Below, piece after piece: positions 39,898 to 49,852 of a DNA stretch of 64,000 nt. A program made the position numbers and the translations under genes. Position 1 is the stretch's first letter, and each line of letters begins with the position of its first letter. This stretch comes from a virus: positions 1-64,000 of the IMG/VR virus record IMGVR_UViG_3300035698_012970. One strand, written 5' to 3'. The notes beneath the pieces are model-generated. The model was not told the origin of the DNA. It ran no database searches and saw nothing but the letters and a program-made list of their open reading frames with translations.

Positions 39898-40681
39898 GGT
39901 TAAATAGTTCCTTATTGATTTGAATATCTTTGTTGAAATTCATAATCTTTCTGGCATTTCTTAGTTTACCATTCTTAGTATAATGAAAATTCCCATTAAT
40001 AAACTTTTCCTGGATTATATTGTAAAGTGCCCATAGGGTATCAGCTTTATCCTCATCCCTTGTTGGTTTAATAAGCTCATCATAGTCTATACTAATGGAT
40101 AACATTTCATCTTTTTCAAATCTAATATTAAGTGCTTTCTTTACGAAAGTAAAAGTAGTCTTAGAATCCATTTTAACATCTTTCATTCTTTCCATTGCTT
40201 CGATAGTCACTGAAAGATTTTCGACCATATATTTGATTTTCTCCTGTAGATCTTCAAAGTTATATCCCATATGGCGGATCTTAATACTCTTAAATTCCTG
40301 GGTCGATATTATTAATCCATTTTCACAGATCATTCTGAATAAACCAGCAATAAAAGTAAAACTGCTTCTTCCGTCGTGTGAGTTGACTAATAAAATCTGA
40401 GGATAAACCTCTTCACCATCATTTTGTATGATTTTAAGATCCTCGTTCATAAAAACAATCAAGTGCTTCTGAAATCCAATAGTGTTTCCTTTTCTTGCTT
40501 TGACCTGTCTTGCATCAGCAGCATACCAACCTAATGATCTCATATCATTAATAAGTGTGGATGTAGTAATGTGTTTGTATAATCGAGAAACAACCTCAGA
40601 AGATTCTTCAGTAAAAGCAGAGGGAACAAGTTCCATCAATTCTTCATCGGTCAATCCTTCGGTAGCAGTTAATCGTAGCAT
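39878..40681 (-). CDS. DUF932/DUF945-like protein
   Basis: PSAF, LLVNSHDG, AGLFRMICENG, LWALYNIIQE. Confidence 0.85.
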   Translation of the reverse strand: MLRLTATEGLTDEELMELVPSAFTEESSEVVSRLYKHITTSTLINDMRSLGWYAADARQVKARKGNTIGFQKHLIVFMNEDLKIIQNDGEEVYPQILLVNSHDGRSSFTFIAGLFRMICENGLIISTQEFKSIKIRHMGYNFEDLQEKIKYMVENLSVTIEAMERMKDVKMDSKTTFTFVKKALNIRFEKDEMLSISIDYDELIKPTRDEDKADTLWALYNIIQEKFINGNFHYTKNGKLRNARKIMNFNKDIQINKELFNLAYEYV

Positions 40682-40736
40682 AATTCTAATTTTAGTTTAT
40701 ACGTTAAAAGTAATAATACTTTTCGTAATAAAAAAA

Positions 40737-41846
40737 TTATGGGTAATCAAAAGTTATAGCAAATTCCATATCAAGGAAATCTTTGATATCCTTAACGAAT
40801 TCAGTTTCTGTTTTGGGTCTATAAACTACACCATTTTTAGTGTAAGCCCAATTATCTCTAACAAGATCTAAACATGTTATAACAATTGTTCTTCTCTTTG
40901 CATTTCTAATATAAGGATCTTTATTTACAGCGTGTTTTAATAAATCAAGATCCAACATAGTTCTTCTGAACTCGCCTTGAAATTTATTACGTATATTTGT
41001 TTCGTATGGATTTTTCTTTATATCATATTTAATATGTTCATTTGTCATTGGTCCATTACCATGACGAGTTTGATACGCTCTTGTAACAAGATATAAATTA
41101 ACATCACTATCATCACCTTCTAATATTTCAAGAACGTTAGTCATGCCAACGTTAGATCTAGTAACATGTGGAAAAAATCCATAATGTTGATCAAGTAATA
41201 ATCCTTGTGAACTTTCAAAAATTAAGTTATTATATTCTTTATGAACATTATCTCTAATTTCTATATAAGGACTATCTAACATTTCCTGTACTGCATTCAA
41301 GAACATAGTTACTCGATTATCCCTCATGTGAGGTGGCATATTATTATCTATGTAATAATATTCCCTAAATAGTTTTATTTTAGTTTCAAGGACATCCCTA
41401 TTTAATAAATCTCCTGCAGTCAACGAGAAGAATTTTTCTTCTCGTTCAAATGTATTACCAACTCCTGTTCCGCATGTTCCATGTTTGGAATTCTCATAAT
41501 CTATTACCTTATCTAATGGTAAAGTAACAGGAGCATCCGGGCTGATGTATAACATAGGTTTAACCCCTTTTTCTAAGAGTAGATGTAGTTCCCTTATAAG
41601 ACCCATTGGATCTACAGTACAATACTTAGTCCAATAAGTTGGGAGTCCTTGAAAACTACCAGAACCGAAGTTAGAAAAGATATGATATTCTTCTCCGTCT
41701 CTTACTCCGTGCCCAGCTTGTTGTCCCCCAGAGAATCTAATTACAATAGTAGATCCTTTATAAGCTGCAAGTGCGAGGGCATTGACAGTTCTGCCTTTGC
41801 CCTCGTCTCCAAATATTAACCCAATTACAACATCCCTTGTTCTCAT
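40737..41846 (-). CDS. Adenylosuccinate synthetase-like protein (PurA family, short form)
   Basis: FGDEGKG, RFSGGQQAGH, GTCGTGVG, FESSQGLLLD, PHVTRS, TRHGNGP. Confidence 0.85.
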   Translation of the reverse strand: MRTRDVVIGLIFGDEGKGRTVNALALAAYKGSTIVIRFSGGQQAGHGVRDGEEYHIFSNFGSGSFQGLPTYWTKYCTVDPMGLIRELHLLLEKGVKPMLYISPDAPVTLPLDKVIDYENSKHGTCGTGVGNTFEREEKFFSLTAGDLLNRDVLETKIKLFREYYYIDNNMPPHMRDNRVTMFLNAVQEMLDSPYIEIRDNVHKEYNNLIFESSQGLLLDQHYGFFPHVTRSNVGMTNVLEILEGDDSDVNLYLVTRAYQTRHGNGPMTNEHIKYDIKKNPYETNIRNKFQGEFRRTMLDLDLLKHAVNKDPYIRNAKRRTIVITCLDLVRDNWAYTKNGVVYRPKTETEFVKDIKDFLDMEFAITFDYP

Positions 41847-42746
41847 CTAAAGCATTGTTGGTGCATCAGTAGGAATAACATCAGTATTAGTATCAAGAAC
41901 CTCTTCTTGCGGTTCAGTATTTATCGTTGTTGATTCGGGTGCATTAGATGCTCCTTTAGCAACAATTGTTGAGATTATACCAGATACTTCGGTATGAGAT
42001 TGTGCAACAATTAGGTTGTCTCCTAAAACTTGTTTCCAACCATTCGAAGTAGTCTCATTTTTCCCTTGCCAGGTTTCTCCTATGTGAATATGATAAACAT
42101 CATATTTCTTCATTGCCATTGCTAGCAAACTATCAGCAGTTTCGTCTGAGTATTGACCTTCTTCGCCCATAAGTTCTTTTTGAGTCGAAGCAGGTAAAGT
42201 CTCTAAGTTTGGCTCATCACCAATTGTAAATAAGAAACCTTTTTTACCTCTCTTGTCAGCTGCATCATGCTCAGTGTATCGAGCAGCAAAGAACCAAGCA
42301 AGTAAATAACTTTCTCCTCCGTTTGCGCCTCCACCTTTTTCAAGGTATGTGTGTGTTAACCATTTATCCATAAGCTCATCGCTTGATTCAAATTGACCAA
42401 CCTGAAGCGGTGCATTGTCAGTTTCATGATCTCCAATTCCAACAAAAAGAATTTGCGGATCAGGAATTCCAGCTTTTATAACTGAGTCGACAATATGTGG
42501 TAGTCCATTTTTTACCAATTGCCCTGGTACAGCTCCCATAGAACCTGTTAGGTCAAGATTGATAATAATAGGTACAGAATTTGGATGCTCCTTTGAATCT
42601 CTCGATTCTCTAAGTGCTATCCCAAGTGGACGCATGTCCTTGTGTATTTCACGTTGTGAAAACGTTTTGTGAATCGGTTGATCGTAATAACCAGCGCTCT
42701 TAGCTCTGACTGTACGACTCGTGCTATCATATCCTCCGTGTCCCAT
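41847..42746 (-). CDS. vWA-domain protein
   Basis: LDLTGSM MIDAS motif, GIGD, LQVGQFES, GGGANGGESY, IGDE. Confidence 0.8.
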   Translation of the reverse strand: MGHGGYDSTSRTVRAKSAGYYDQPIHKTFSQREIHKDMRPLGIALRESRDSKEHPNSVPIIINLDLTGSMGAVPGQLVKNGLPHIVDSVIKAGIPDPQILFVGIGDHETDNAPLQVGQFESSDELMDKWLTHTYLEKGGGANGGESYLLAWFFAARYTEHDAADKRGKKGFLFTIGDEPNLETLPASTQKELMGEEGQYSDETADSLLAMAMKKYDVYHIHIGETWQGKNETTSNGWKQVLGDNLIVAQSHTEVSGIISTIVAKGASNAPESTTINTEPQEEVLDTNTDVIPTDAPTML

Positions 42747-42748
42747 AA

Positions 42749-43117
42749 TTATGCAGTTGCTGTTTCTGCTACTTCTTCAAACAAATGTTCGAATCTTTCT
42801 TTAGCAACATCTAATCTGATTCTTTCGTTGCGAATCTTAACTGCAACTTCTAAATCTTTTCCGATATAATCATCAGCATTGAAATCACTTGCTAACGTAA
42901 GCGATTGAGCGTTAGTCGGAGATAAATCTAGCATGTTTTCCAACTCTCTTTCCATTTCGACGATCTTTAATTCAAGATCTTCAACTTTTCTGCGATACTT
43001 AAGTTCCGCAGTAGTAACGATAGCCATTGCTCTATCGTCTCTGATTTGCTTATTGTTTCTCTTCAGAGAAGCTATAAACGCACCATTCTTTGCATTGTTT
43101 AGTTTTGTTGTTTCCAT
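42749..43117 (-). CDS. Coiled-coil protein co-located with vWA and PurA-like genes
   Basis: Helical heptad pattern; tight operon. Confidence 0.75.
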   Translation of the reverse strand: METTKLNNAKNGAFIASLKRNNKQIRDDRAMAIVTTAELKYRRKVEDLELKIVEMERELENMLDLSPTNAQSLTLASDFNADDYIGKDLEVAVKIRNERIRLDVAKERFEHLFEEVAETATA

Positions 43118-43357
43118 TTTTAAATTTTTAATGGTTAATATTAATATTTTGCCTCATAGAGGCATCTTTATTTACTAATTAAAATATAAATATACTTGCA
43201 ATCACAGCAATCTGTCCAATTATAAGTGACCATATTTGAATGCGCCAGACTAAACGATAATCCTTAAAATCTCCATCACTCCATTCACTAGCTGGTTCCC
43301 TGTCCATATGCCAAATCCCTAGAAGTGGAACATATCTCAATTTACTTTTTTTCATAG

Positions 43358-43924
43358 TTATTCTTTTGGTATAAAATTATATCTAAAATAAGGTTTATCG
43401 TAATAACATCTAGTCGCTACTATACCTTTTTCGTTTATTTCTTTAACCATATCATATGTTAATTTACTTCTTACCTGTAAACCTAGTGTTCTATTATTCC
43501 CGTAATACATACTGACCTTATCATCACCCTCAGATATCAATTCATGCGCTGGAGGTTGATCTGTACCGCCAACTAAGCATTTTCTATTAATACACCAAAT
43601 GCATACAGATGGGTTTACCGTAGTTGTAATTTTCCCTGGATCCACACCAAAATCATGATATCTTTTTAGTAACTCATTTTCTGGTTCATATTTGGGTTCC
43701 ATATAACCTATTGACCCACATCCTTTAATAGATGGACTTCCTTTAATAGATGGGCTACCTTTTACAATTGGTTCATTAATATATTTTGGTTTATGGTTTT
43801 GATAGTGTGTAAAATCCTTTTTAGTTGGAGCTTTATTAACAAAAATAATGATTGCAACAAAGATCCCACACATTAAACATGTCCATATAGGATACTCCAA
43901 TAAAAATTGTATAACATCAGACAT
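43358..43924 (-). CDS. Membrane-anchored hypothetical protein with KGSPSI tandem repeat
   Basis: N-terminal TM; KGSPSI-KGSPSI-KGCGSI (18-bp repeat at about 43710-43762). Confidence 0.65.
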   Translation of the reverse strand: MSDVIQFLLEYPIWTCLMCGIFVAIIIFVNKAPTKKDFTHYQNHKPKYINEPIVKGSPSIKGSPSIKGCGSIGYMEPKYEPENELLKRYHDFGVDPGKITTTVNPSVCIWCINRKCLVGGTDQPPAHELISEGDDKVSMYYGNNRTLGLQVRSKLTYDMVKEINEKGIVATRCYYDKPYFRYNFIPKE

Positions 43925-43971
43925 ATTATTTTAATTTTACATTCTATATTAATACTCGGTTTAGTTTCATA

Positions 43972-44664
43972 TTACTTCTGGTCTGATTCTTTTCTTTGAA
44001 CCTCATTAAAGTTTAAACTACTATCAAGCTCATCTGTGTTAACTTTACCCTTACTCTTACTTGCACTAAGTTTAGACGATCTGTAACTCTTTATATTTTT
44101 ACTTGTTGAGCCAAATGATGCACTAACTCCTCTTGTATTAGCACCATAAGTCATCGAATTTTGTGAATTAATACCCATACTTCCACCAGTGGTAACTGCA
44201 TCTTGGTTTGCTCCAAGGAATAAGAATTTCCATCCTTTCTTTTCCATTTCAGGGATAATTTTTTTGATTGCCTCTCCTGTGTATTCCCGACTTGCATTCT
44301 CACATCCATCAGTGATAATAACACAAACAACATCACGATCTGTTTCAAGTTCGTTGATAGTTTTTCCAATCGCATCATACATCGCAGTCATTCCCCTTGG
44401 TACAAAAGTCTCTCTGTAAACAAGATCCTGTACTTCGTTCATTGGAACTGATTTGTAATCCATTTGATATTTAGTATCAAATTGTACTAAGGTAAGGAAT
44501 GCCTCCCCATCAGAGTTTCTCTGTTCATTTAAGAACTCATTAAATCCATCAACTGTTACTTGACCAATGGTGGACATAGATCCTGAACGATCTAAGATAA
44601 TGATAACTTCTGTTTCAACTAATTTTTCTTTAGTTAATTTTTCTTCTTTTTCTGGTATAATCAT
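43972..44664 (-). CDS. vWA-domain protein
   Basis: ILDRSGSM, PRGMTAMYDAIG, IITDGCENAS, FLGANQDA. Confidence 0.9.
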   Translation of the reverse strand: MIIPEKEEKLTKEKLVETEVIIILDRSGSMSTIGQVTVDGFNEFLNEQRNSDGEAFLTLVQFDTKYQMDYKSVPMNEVQDLVYRETFVPRGMTAMYDAIGKTINELETDRDVVCVIITDGCENASREYTGEAIKKIIPEMEKKGWKFLFLGANQDAVTTGGSMGINSQNSMTYGANTRGVSASFGSTSKNIKSYRSSKLSASKSKGKVNTDELDSSLNFNEVQRKESDQK

Positions 44665-44679
44665 AATTTCTATTTTGGT

Positions 44680-45057
44680 TTAATTTTTTCCTTTTAGTAC
44701 CCAGTAATCAGGGCCACTTCTGTTTGGACCATCAAGTCCGTCATCAAAATGCGTTTCTACTACCCAACCAGCTTTAATATATCTTTTTTCTAACTCTTTT
44801 TGCATTATAGCTAACCTTGCTGATTTGTGTTTTTGTATTCCGGTTTCGCCTGGCAAATCATATTGAAAAGTTGCGTAACCTAATTCAATACTAACTTCAT
44901 TAAAGTAACCAGTACCGAAATTACTTTTAATCTTTTCATCAATAAAATCTTCTCTCGACTTAATTAAAGCTAATTCTTCTTCGTTCAAAGGATCAGTTTC
45001 GATCTTTTTCTTGAGTTTTTTGTATCCTATAGCCATATCTTCATATTTTACTGCCAT
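44680..45057 (-). CDS. Hypothetical protein
   Basis: Tiles array. Confidence 0.7.
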   Translation of the reverse strand: MAVKYEDMAIGYKKLKKKIETDPLNEEELALIKSREDFIDEKIKSNFGTGYFNEVSIELGYATFQYDLPGETGIQKHKSARLAIMQKELEKRYIKAGWVVETHFDDGLDGPNRSGPDYWVLKGKN

Positions 45058-45096
45058 GATTATTTTATATCATAAAAAGTATCTTTGTTTCGCTGA

Positions 45097-45309
45097 TTAA
45101 CTAATTCTAAACTCTTTAAATTTTACTAAACTAGTACATCCGCCAACTGATGTTGCCCATTCAGGAGCATCCCATGCTTTCTCGTCATCTTCATCGAGTT
45201 CACACCATTCATTCCACTCCTTTTGTTTCTCTAACGGTACTACATACCAATGGCTCGATTGATCCTGTGATAAATAATATTCTTTACTCATTTTTAAACA
45301 CTGGTTCAT
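45097..45309 (-). CDS. Hypothetical protein
   Basis: YLSQDQSSHWYVVP. Confidence 0.65.
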   Translation of the reverse strand: MNQCLKMSKEYYLSQDQSSHWYVVPLEKQKEWNEWCELDEDDEKAWDAPEWATSVGGCTSLVKFKEFRIS

Positions 45310-45697
45310 TTGTTTGTTTACTTAAAAACATTACCTCTCTCATTGGTCTTACCCATCCCAGCTTACCTTGTAGTCTGGTTGCATAACATTTATCACAAAT
45401 TGTGTATGGATTTGTAAAACGCTCAACCTGCTTTAATTTACCATCTTCGCAATGTGGGCAATCTTGATCTACCCCATAATCACCATTCTTAATTTTAATA
45501 TACTGTTCTTCAGTAACATCAACTTCTGTTTGATTAAGATTTTCACAAAAGGTATCAAAATTTAGAAACGGTTCATCTTCATCTTCTCCGATTATAAATC
45601 CATCAGCTCCACCACAGTCTAAATCATATTCCTTTTTAAGAAAATCTATCCAGTTTTGTTCTGGTATCTTTTCAACTTCTTCTATTGTAATTTTCAT
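45284..45697 (-). CDS. Hypothetical protein with Zn ribbon
   Basis: CPHC...CDKC. Confidence 0.7.
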   Translation of the reverse strand: MKITIEEVEKIPEQNWIDFLKKEYDLDCGGADGFIIGEDEDEPFLNFDTFCENLNQTEVDVTEEQYIKIKNGDYGVDQDCPHCEDGKLKQVERFTNPYTICDKCYATRLQGKLGWVRPMREVMFLSKQTNEPVFKNE

Positions 45698-45968
45698 CTA
45701 ATGCTTTAATTAATGTTTCTAATTTTTCTTCTGTCATATAGCCATCATAATCGTAATTATGTAAACAAATAAGATCATCGCAATCCTTTGGACTGTTTGG
45801 ATTCATCTGACAAATCCATAGCGTTTCATTTGGTGTACCAACACAACCAGCACTCAAATGTCTATCTCTACCGATTTGATATAATAGCGCATCTCCTACT
45901 GTAAAATGTCCAATTGGTTCGAATCCTAATCTTATGTAATCGTCTCTAATCATATTAAATATCGTCAA
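45672..45968 (-). CDS. Hypothetical protein
   Basis: Tiles array. Confidence 0.65.
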   Translation of the reverse strand: MTIFNMIRDDYIRLGFEPIGHFTVGDALLYQIGRDRHLSAGCVGTPNETLWICQMNPNSPKDCDDLICLHNYDYDGYMTEEKLETLIKALDENYNRRS

Positions 45969-45986
45969 ATTTTGTTGGTGTAGGAC

Positions 45987-46460
45987 CTACTGTTTCCATG
46001 ATTTTAATATTTCTTCTCTTAGATTATCAATAAAATCTTTTCTCTGTTTCAATAAATGTTTATCATATTCATTAGCTAAATACCTATCAAATGCCCATTG
46101 AATTTTATCTTTGATTTCAGTAAGAAATTTTTTCGGTAAAATCAATTCAGCTGAAAATCTTACGCCCTTTCTATGCCCATCAAAATTATCACCTTCATGA
46201 ATTACAACATTACAATATAATAACTTATCTTGAATATGAAAATATAAATCTACGCATCCATCATAAGTACTCCACGTATTAAGTTCTGATAAATTCAATG
46301 GATAGTACTCAGGATGTTCATTTTTCCAACGATCATTCCATTCCTTTTTAACTATCTTAACTGAACCGAAATTCTTAACGATAGCACAAACATCACTCCA
46401 ACGAGAACTGTTAACGCCATCTACTAATTTTAGTAATTTATACAATTCCTTTGCTTCCAT
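45987..46460 (-). CDS. Hypothetical protein
   Basis: Tiles array. Confidence 0.7.
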   Translation of the reverse strand: MEAKELYKLLKLVDGVNSSRWSDVCAIVKNFGSVKIVKKEWNDRWKNEHPEYYPLNLSELNTWSTYDGCVDLYFHIQDKLLYCNVVIHEGDNFDGHRKGVRFSAELILPKKFLTEIKDKIQWAFDRYLANEYDKHLLKQRKDFIDNLREEILKSWKQ

Positions 46461-46462
46461 AT

Positions 46463-46708
46463 TTATTTTTTAATATAATCCTTAAAAATCAATACCCATT
46501 CTTTATAATATACTGTTTTTGTTACGTCAAAAAATATACTAAGAGGTTCTTCTTTTTCAACGTTTTGGTATTCGTAGACTTTTTCATATCTTTCCCACCA
46601 GACTCTGTGTTTATCATCTAACCTTACTGGGAATAATGCAAACCTGATTACAGTTTTTTTATCTCCAATCTTAGTTTTTTCTTTTTTATTCCATCTCATA
46701 TTAATCAA
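46463..46708 (-). CDS. Hypothetical protein
   Basis: RFALFPV...WWERY. Confidence 0.7.
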   Translation of the reverse strand: MINMRWNKKEKTKIGDKKTVIRFALFPVRLDDKHRVWWERYEKVYEYQNVEKEEPLSIFFDVTKTVYYKEWVLIFKDYIKK

Positions 46709-47012
46709 ATATTGGATCCTGGTGAAATGGTGATTTATAATCTCCTTTTTTAGCTTTCTTAATCTTTAATTCTTCTGGTAGAAAATCACCAAATTCTCTA
46801 ACCATGTTTGTTTTAGCGAGAATGTGATACTTCTCTTTTAAATCAAAACCCTTTGTTAGGATATTCCAAGAAGTACCTTTAGTCATACCCTTATTAACTG
46901 AGCTTATTTTTCCCCAGTCCTTAATACCAACCTTAGCTGCTCCAAACATAAAAGCTATTTGTTCATTGGTTATGGTCTCTGCTATTTTTCTTGCGTCTTT
47001 TCTATTCATCAT
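46701..47012 (-). CDS. Hypothetical protein
   Basis: Tiles array. Confidence 0.7.
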   Translation of the reverse strand: MMNRKDARKIAETITNEQIAFMFGAAKVGIKDWGKISSVNKGMTKGTSWNILTKGFDLKEKYHILAKTNMVREFGDFLPEELKIKKAKKGDYKSPFHQDPIFD

Positions 47013-48520
47013 ACAACTTTTGCGATTTCTTTATATCTAAACTTATAATTTTTTATCATAAACTTAAGCATTTCCAAACTTGAAGCACAGATTATAAATC
47101 CATGATTTTTGAGGTTCATAGCAAAACCACTAGTATGTAGGTAATTTCTATCTTTAAACTCCCCTATGATAGCGTTATATTCCCTCATATCACCGCATGG
47201 ATAGTAATCTTTCGTCGTAGGAGTATGAGAAAGATTAGCATGTCCGTGGATCATATAATTGATTTTTGGGAAATGCTCATATAACGCTACTTGAATTGGT
47301 GTGTCAACAGATGGTTTCTTATCTCCATAATAACCAATTTTATCACCATCTTTTGTTACACAAACAAAGTCATCTGCTCCCAAATATTCTTTTGGTGCAT
47401 TTCTTTTTGAAACCCAAATACCCCCTTGTTTTCCTCTTGCAGTAGGAAACATTTTTTTACATCGGGTTGATGCATTACCAAAATATCTTCCACCTCTTTC
47501 GTTCTCGACTTTTTTAGCAACATTCTTTACAATCTCTGAGAAACTGTTTAATGTTTTAGGTGGTTCTATTGGAGCTACGCCACCAAGGTGACTTGATCCT
47601 TTACGTATAGATCCTTTAGTCCATCCATAGAATTTAAGGATACTTTTACCCAATTTATCTATGTCACTAGTAAGTCCCCAACTGTTACCTAAAGCATCAA
47701 TTAAATTAAATTTATATGGTTTTTGTGTTTTGTCTATTGCAATGACTGCGTTAGCACCCATTTTGAAGATCCTTGAAACTGCATCACCTAAGGCAGACTC
47801 CATTGATTCCATTGAAACCAATCCCTTCTCAGTCACAAGATTTCTTAAAACCTTAGTTACTATCATGACTGAGCCTTTAGGTTTCTTTGGATAGATCTTA
47901 TTAATCGAATTATCAACGTTTGCTCCCCAGATAATTAAATCCTGATCTAAATTAGTAGCCAATCTTAATATATCTAGACTTCCGCCATTTACAACATCAG
48001 AATTTAACTGTAAACCAAGTTCATTAATTATATTTGATGAATGTGATTTACTTAGATCATTATCGAATGTTCCGCCAACAATAATTGGATTTTCTGGTAG
48101 TGCATTAAAAACTTCATTACTCAAAGCTTTTTTCAATTCTTTTACTTTAGGTTTGATTTTCCAAGTATCAATCACTTTTATATTATCTGTCCAAAATTGG
48201 ATTGCTTGTACCTCTTCCTCTAATCCAAATGCATACATTTTATACCCAATTTCATGATTAGTTATTATTTTATGTGATACTCTCCAAGCTCTTGGTAACT
48301 CTACATAATTAATAGCTAATGCTTGATCCCAAACTTTATACCCAACAAAGATAGCTAAGATTGGTCTGCTGATTTCAGAATCATCTTTAATATGTCTAAA
48401 TAGAATATAGTCACCAAATTTCCATTCAGTATCTACTTCTAGAAAATACTCAACATTTTCTTTTAATTTTTCATATTTATTAAACCAATGTCGTGCTTGA
48501 TATATGGCGTCGAATGTCAT
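47009..48520 (-). CDS. Multidomain protein with C-terminal class II aldolase/adducin-like domain
   Basis: GNASTR, KPSVDTPIQ, YMIHGH, NLKNHG. Confidence 0.75.
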   Translation of the reverse strand: MTFDAIYQARHWFNKYEKLKENVEYFLEVDTEWKFGDYILFRHIKDDSEISRPILAIFVGYKVWDQALAINYVELPRAWRVSHKIITNHEIGYKMYAFGLEEEVQAIQFWTDNIKVIDTWKIKPKVKELKKALSNEVFNALPENPIIVGGTFDNDLSKSHSSNIINELGLQLNSDVVNGGSLDILRLATNLDQDLIIWGANVDNSINKIYPKKPKGSVMIVTKVLRNLVTEKGLVSMESMESALGDAVSRIFKMGANAVIAIDKTQKPYKFNLIDALGNSWGLTSDIDKLGKSILKFYGWTKGSIRKGSSHLGGVAPIEPPKTLNSFSEIVKNVAKKVENERGGRYFGNASTRCKKMFPTARGKQGGIWVSKRNAPKEYLGADDFVCVTKDGDKIGYYGDKKPSVDTPIQVALYEHFPKINYMIHGHANLSHTPTTKDYYPCGDMREYNAIIGEFKDRNYLHTSGFAMNLKNHGFIICASSLEMLKFMIKNYKFRYKEIAKVV

Positions 48521-48792
48521 TACTTATTCATTTTAGTTCTTACGTAATCGACCTTTTCTTCTTCAGTAAGATCTGAGAAAAATTGAACTGCAATTGCCTT
48601 TCCTTCAAGTACTAACTTAGCCATTTTTTCACGATCAGATTTACTTGTGTATTCAGGATCATAATTAAGAGGCTTTGCAATTTGCCACCCTTCCATTGTA
48701 GTACCATCAACCTCAACTGTTATTTGTTCTGAGATGCTCCCATCTTCAGCCTGTTCTTTTATTAAATTATCAATTAGAATCGCTTTCATCAT
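48520..48792 (-). CDS. Hypothetical protein
   Basis: Tiles array. Confidence 0.7.
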   Translation of the reverse strand: MMKAILIDNLIKEQAEDGSISEQITVEVDGTTMEGWQIAKPLNYDPEYTSKSDREKMAKLVLEGKAIAVQFFSDLTEEEKVDYVRTKMNK

Positions 48793-48804
48793 TTCTTTTA
48801 TTAA

Positions 48805-49173
48805 TTATTTCAATAAATCTAGTCTACCATTCATAACTTTAGTAAGATTCGCTTTCTTCCCTGTCCTATGATCTATAACCTCGTTTCTTGGATAGTTATA
48901 GGTTTTAATTCTTTTATCACCTTGGATCTGAGATTTTCTTTCGTCGTTAGTTTCTTCAGCTTTCTTTGTTATTTTTTCCTCTTCTAATCTTTTCTCAATT
49001 CTCTCAAGTGCAATATTATAATTTTTAAGTTTACTCCTAGTTTCCTGACAGGTTTCAGTAAATCCGCTAGGTTTATGAGTGATGGTTACACAGGACTCAG
49101 TTTTGTTCTTGTGCTGTCCACCAGGACCACTCCCTTTAGTATAATGAACCTTTATATCTTTTTTGTTAATCAT
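48805..49173 (-). CDS. Stand-alone RF-1 (GGQ) domain, peptidyl-tRNA hydrolase/ribosome-rescue-like
   Basis: GSGPGGQHKNKTES..ITHKPSG..CQETRS; RIKTYNYP..VIDHR as in the RF1 C-terminus; no stop-recognition domain. Confidence 0.85.
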   Translation of the reverse strand: MINKKDIKVHYTKGSGPGGQHKNKTESCVTITHKPSGFTETCQETRSKLKNYNIALERIEKRLEEEKITKKAEETNDERKSQIQGDKRIKTYNYPRNEVIDHRTGKKANLTKVMNGRLDLLK

Positions 49174-49421
49174 TTTTCTGCCTTTATCATTTCAACATAT
49201 TTTAATAATCTCTCTATCACCTCAGGTTCTAAAGCTACTACGTGATTCTCATGATGATTTACTGCAACATTTATGTTGTAACCATCAAATGATACGTATA
49301 CTCCATCTCCTAGATGCTGTTGATGTTGATCTTGATCTGCCATTATATGTCCTCCTGTCCTCTTAGTTTTCTTAGAAACGCCCTGTCTGCTTTGGTGAGT
49401 TGAATAGGGCTTATATACCAA
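49170..49421 (-). CDS. Hypothetical protein
   Basis: HLGDGVYVSFDGY; start probably internal. Confidence 0.6.
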   Translation of the reverse strand: MVYKPYSTHQSRQGVSKKTKRTGGHIMADQDQHQQHLGDGVYVSFDGYNINVAVNHHENHVVALEPEVIERLLKYVEMIKAEK

Positions 49422-49852
49422 TATCGGAAACTAAATCCCCATGAATCTTTCCGTTCCTTTGCTTTACGATTGAATGCTTCCTTACATAAAGGATGTTCTT
49501 TAGCAAGTTTCAATTCTTTAGTTACAGTTTTCATAAGTCGCTTAGCAATTCGATCATAACCACGTTCGTTTGATGTCTCACTACTTTTAGCAGCATCAGA
49601 AAGTAATTTCCTATATTTCTTTATATTTCTAACCTCTTCTTCTTTCATTCCAGTTTCTGACATTATTCTCCTAAGAAGTTTACTTTCTTCTTGATTTGGT
49701 ATATGCGGATCGTTTTTACCCATACCATATTTCAATTTTCTAGGATATTTTGTGTTTGAACGCGAACCTAACATTTGTTCCTCGTAATCCATAGTAAAAT
49801 CATGATCTTCGTAACTCATAATTATCTTTTTTCGAATGTTGGTTTTAACCAC
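49343..49852 (-). CDS. Basic hypothetical protein
   Basis: Tiles array. Confidence 0.65.
   Translation of the reverse strand: MVKTNIRKKIIMSYEDHDFTMDYEEQMLGSRSNTKYPRKLKYGMGKNDPHIPNQEESKLLRRIMSETGMKEEEVRNIKKYRKLLSDAAKSSETSNERGYDRIAKRLMKTVTKELKLAKEHPLCKEAFNRKAKERKDSWGFSFRYWYISPIQLTKADRAFLRKLRGQEDI

Noticed and set aside
40737-41846. PurZ / 2-aminoadenine (Z) genome
   Set aside because: The protein retains the PurA-type Asp in GDEGKG rather than the PurZ Ser, and no DatZ or MazZ gene is seen nearby.
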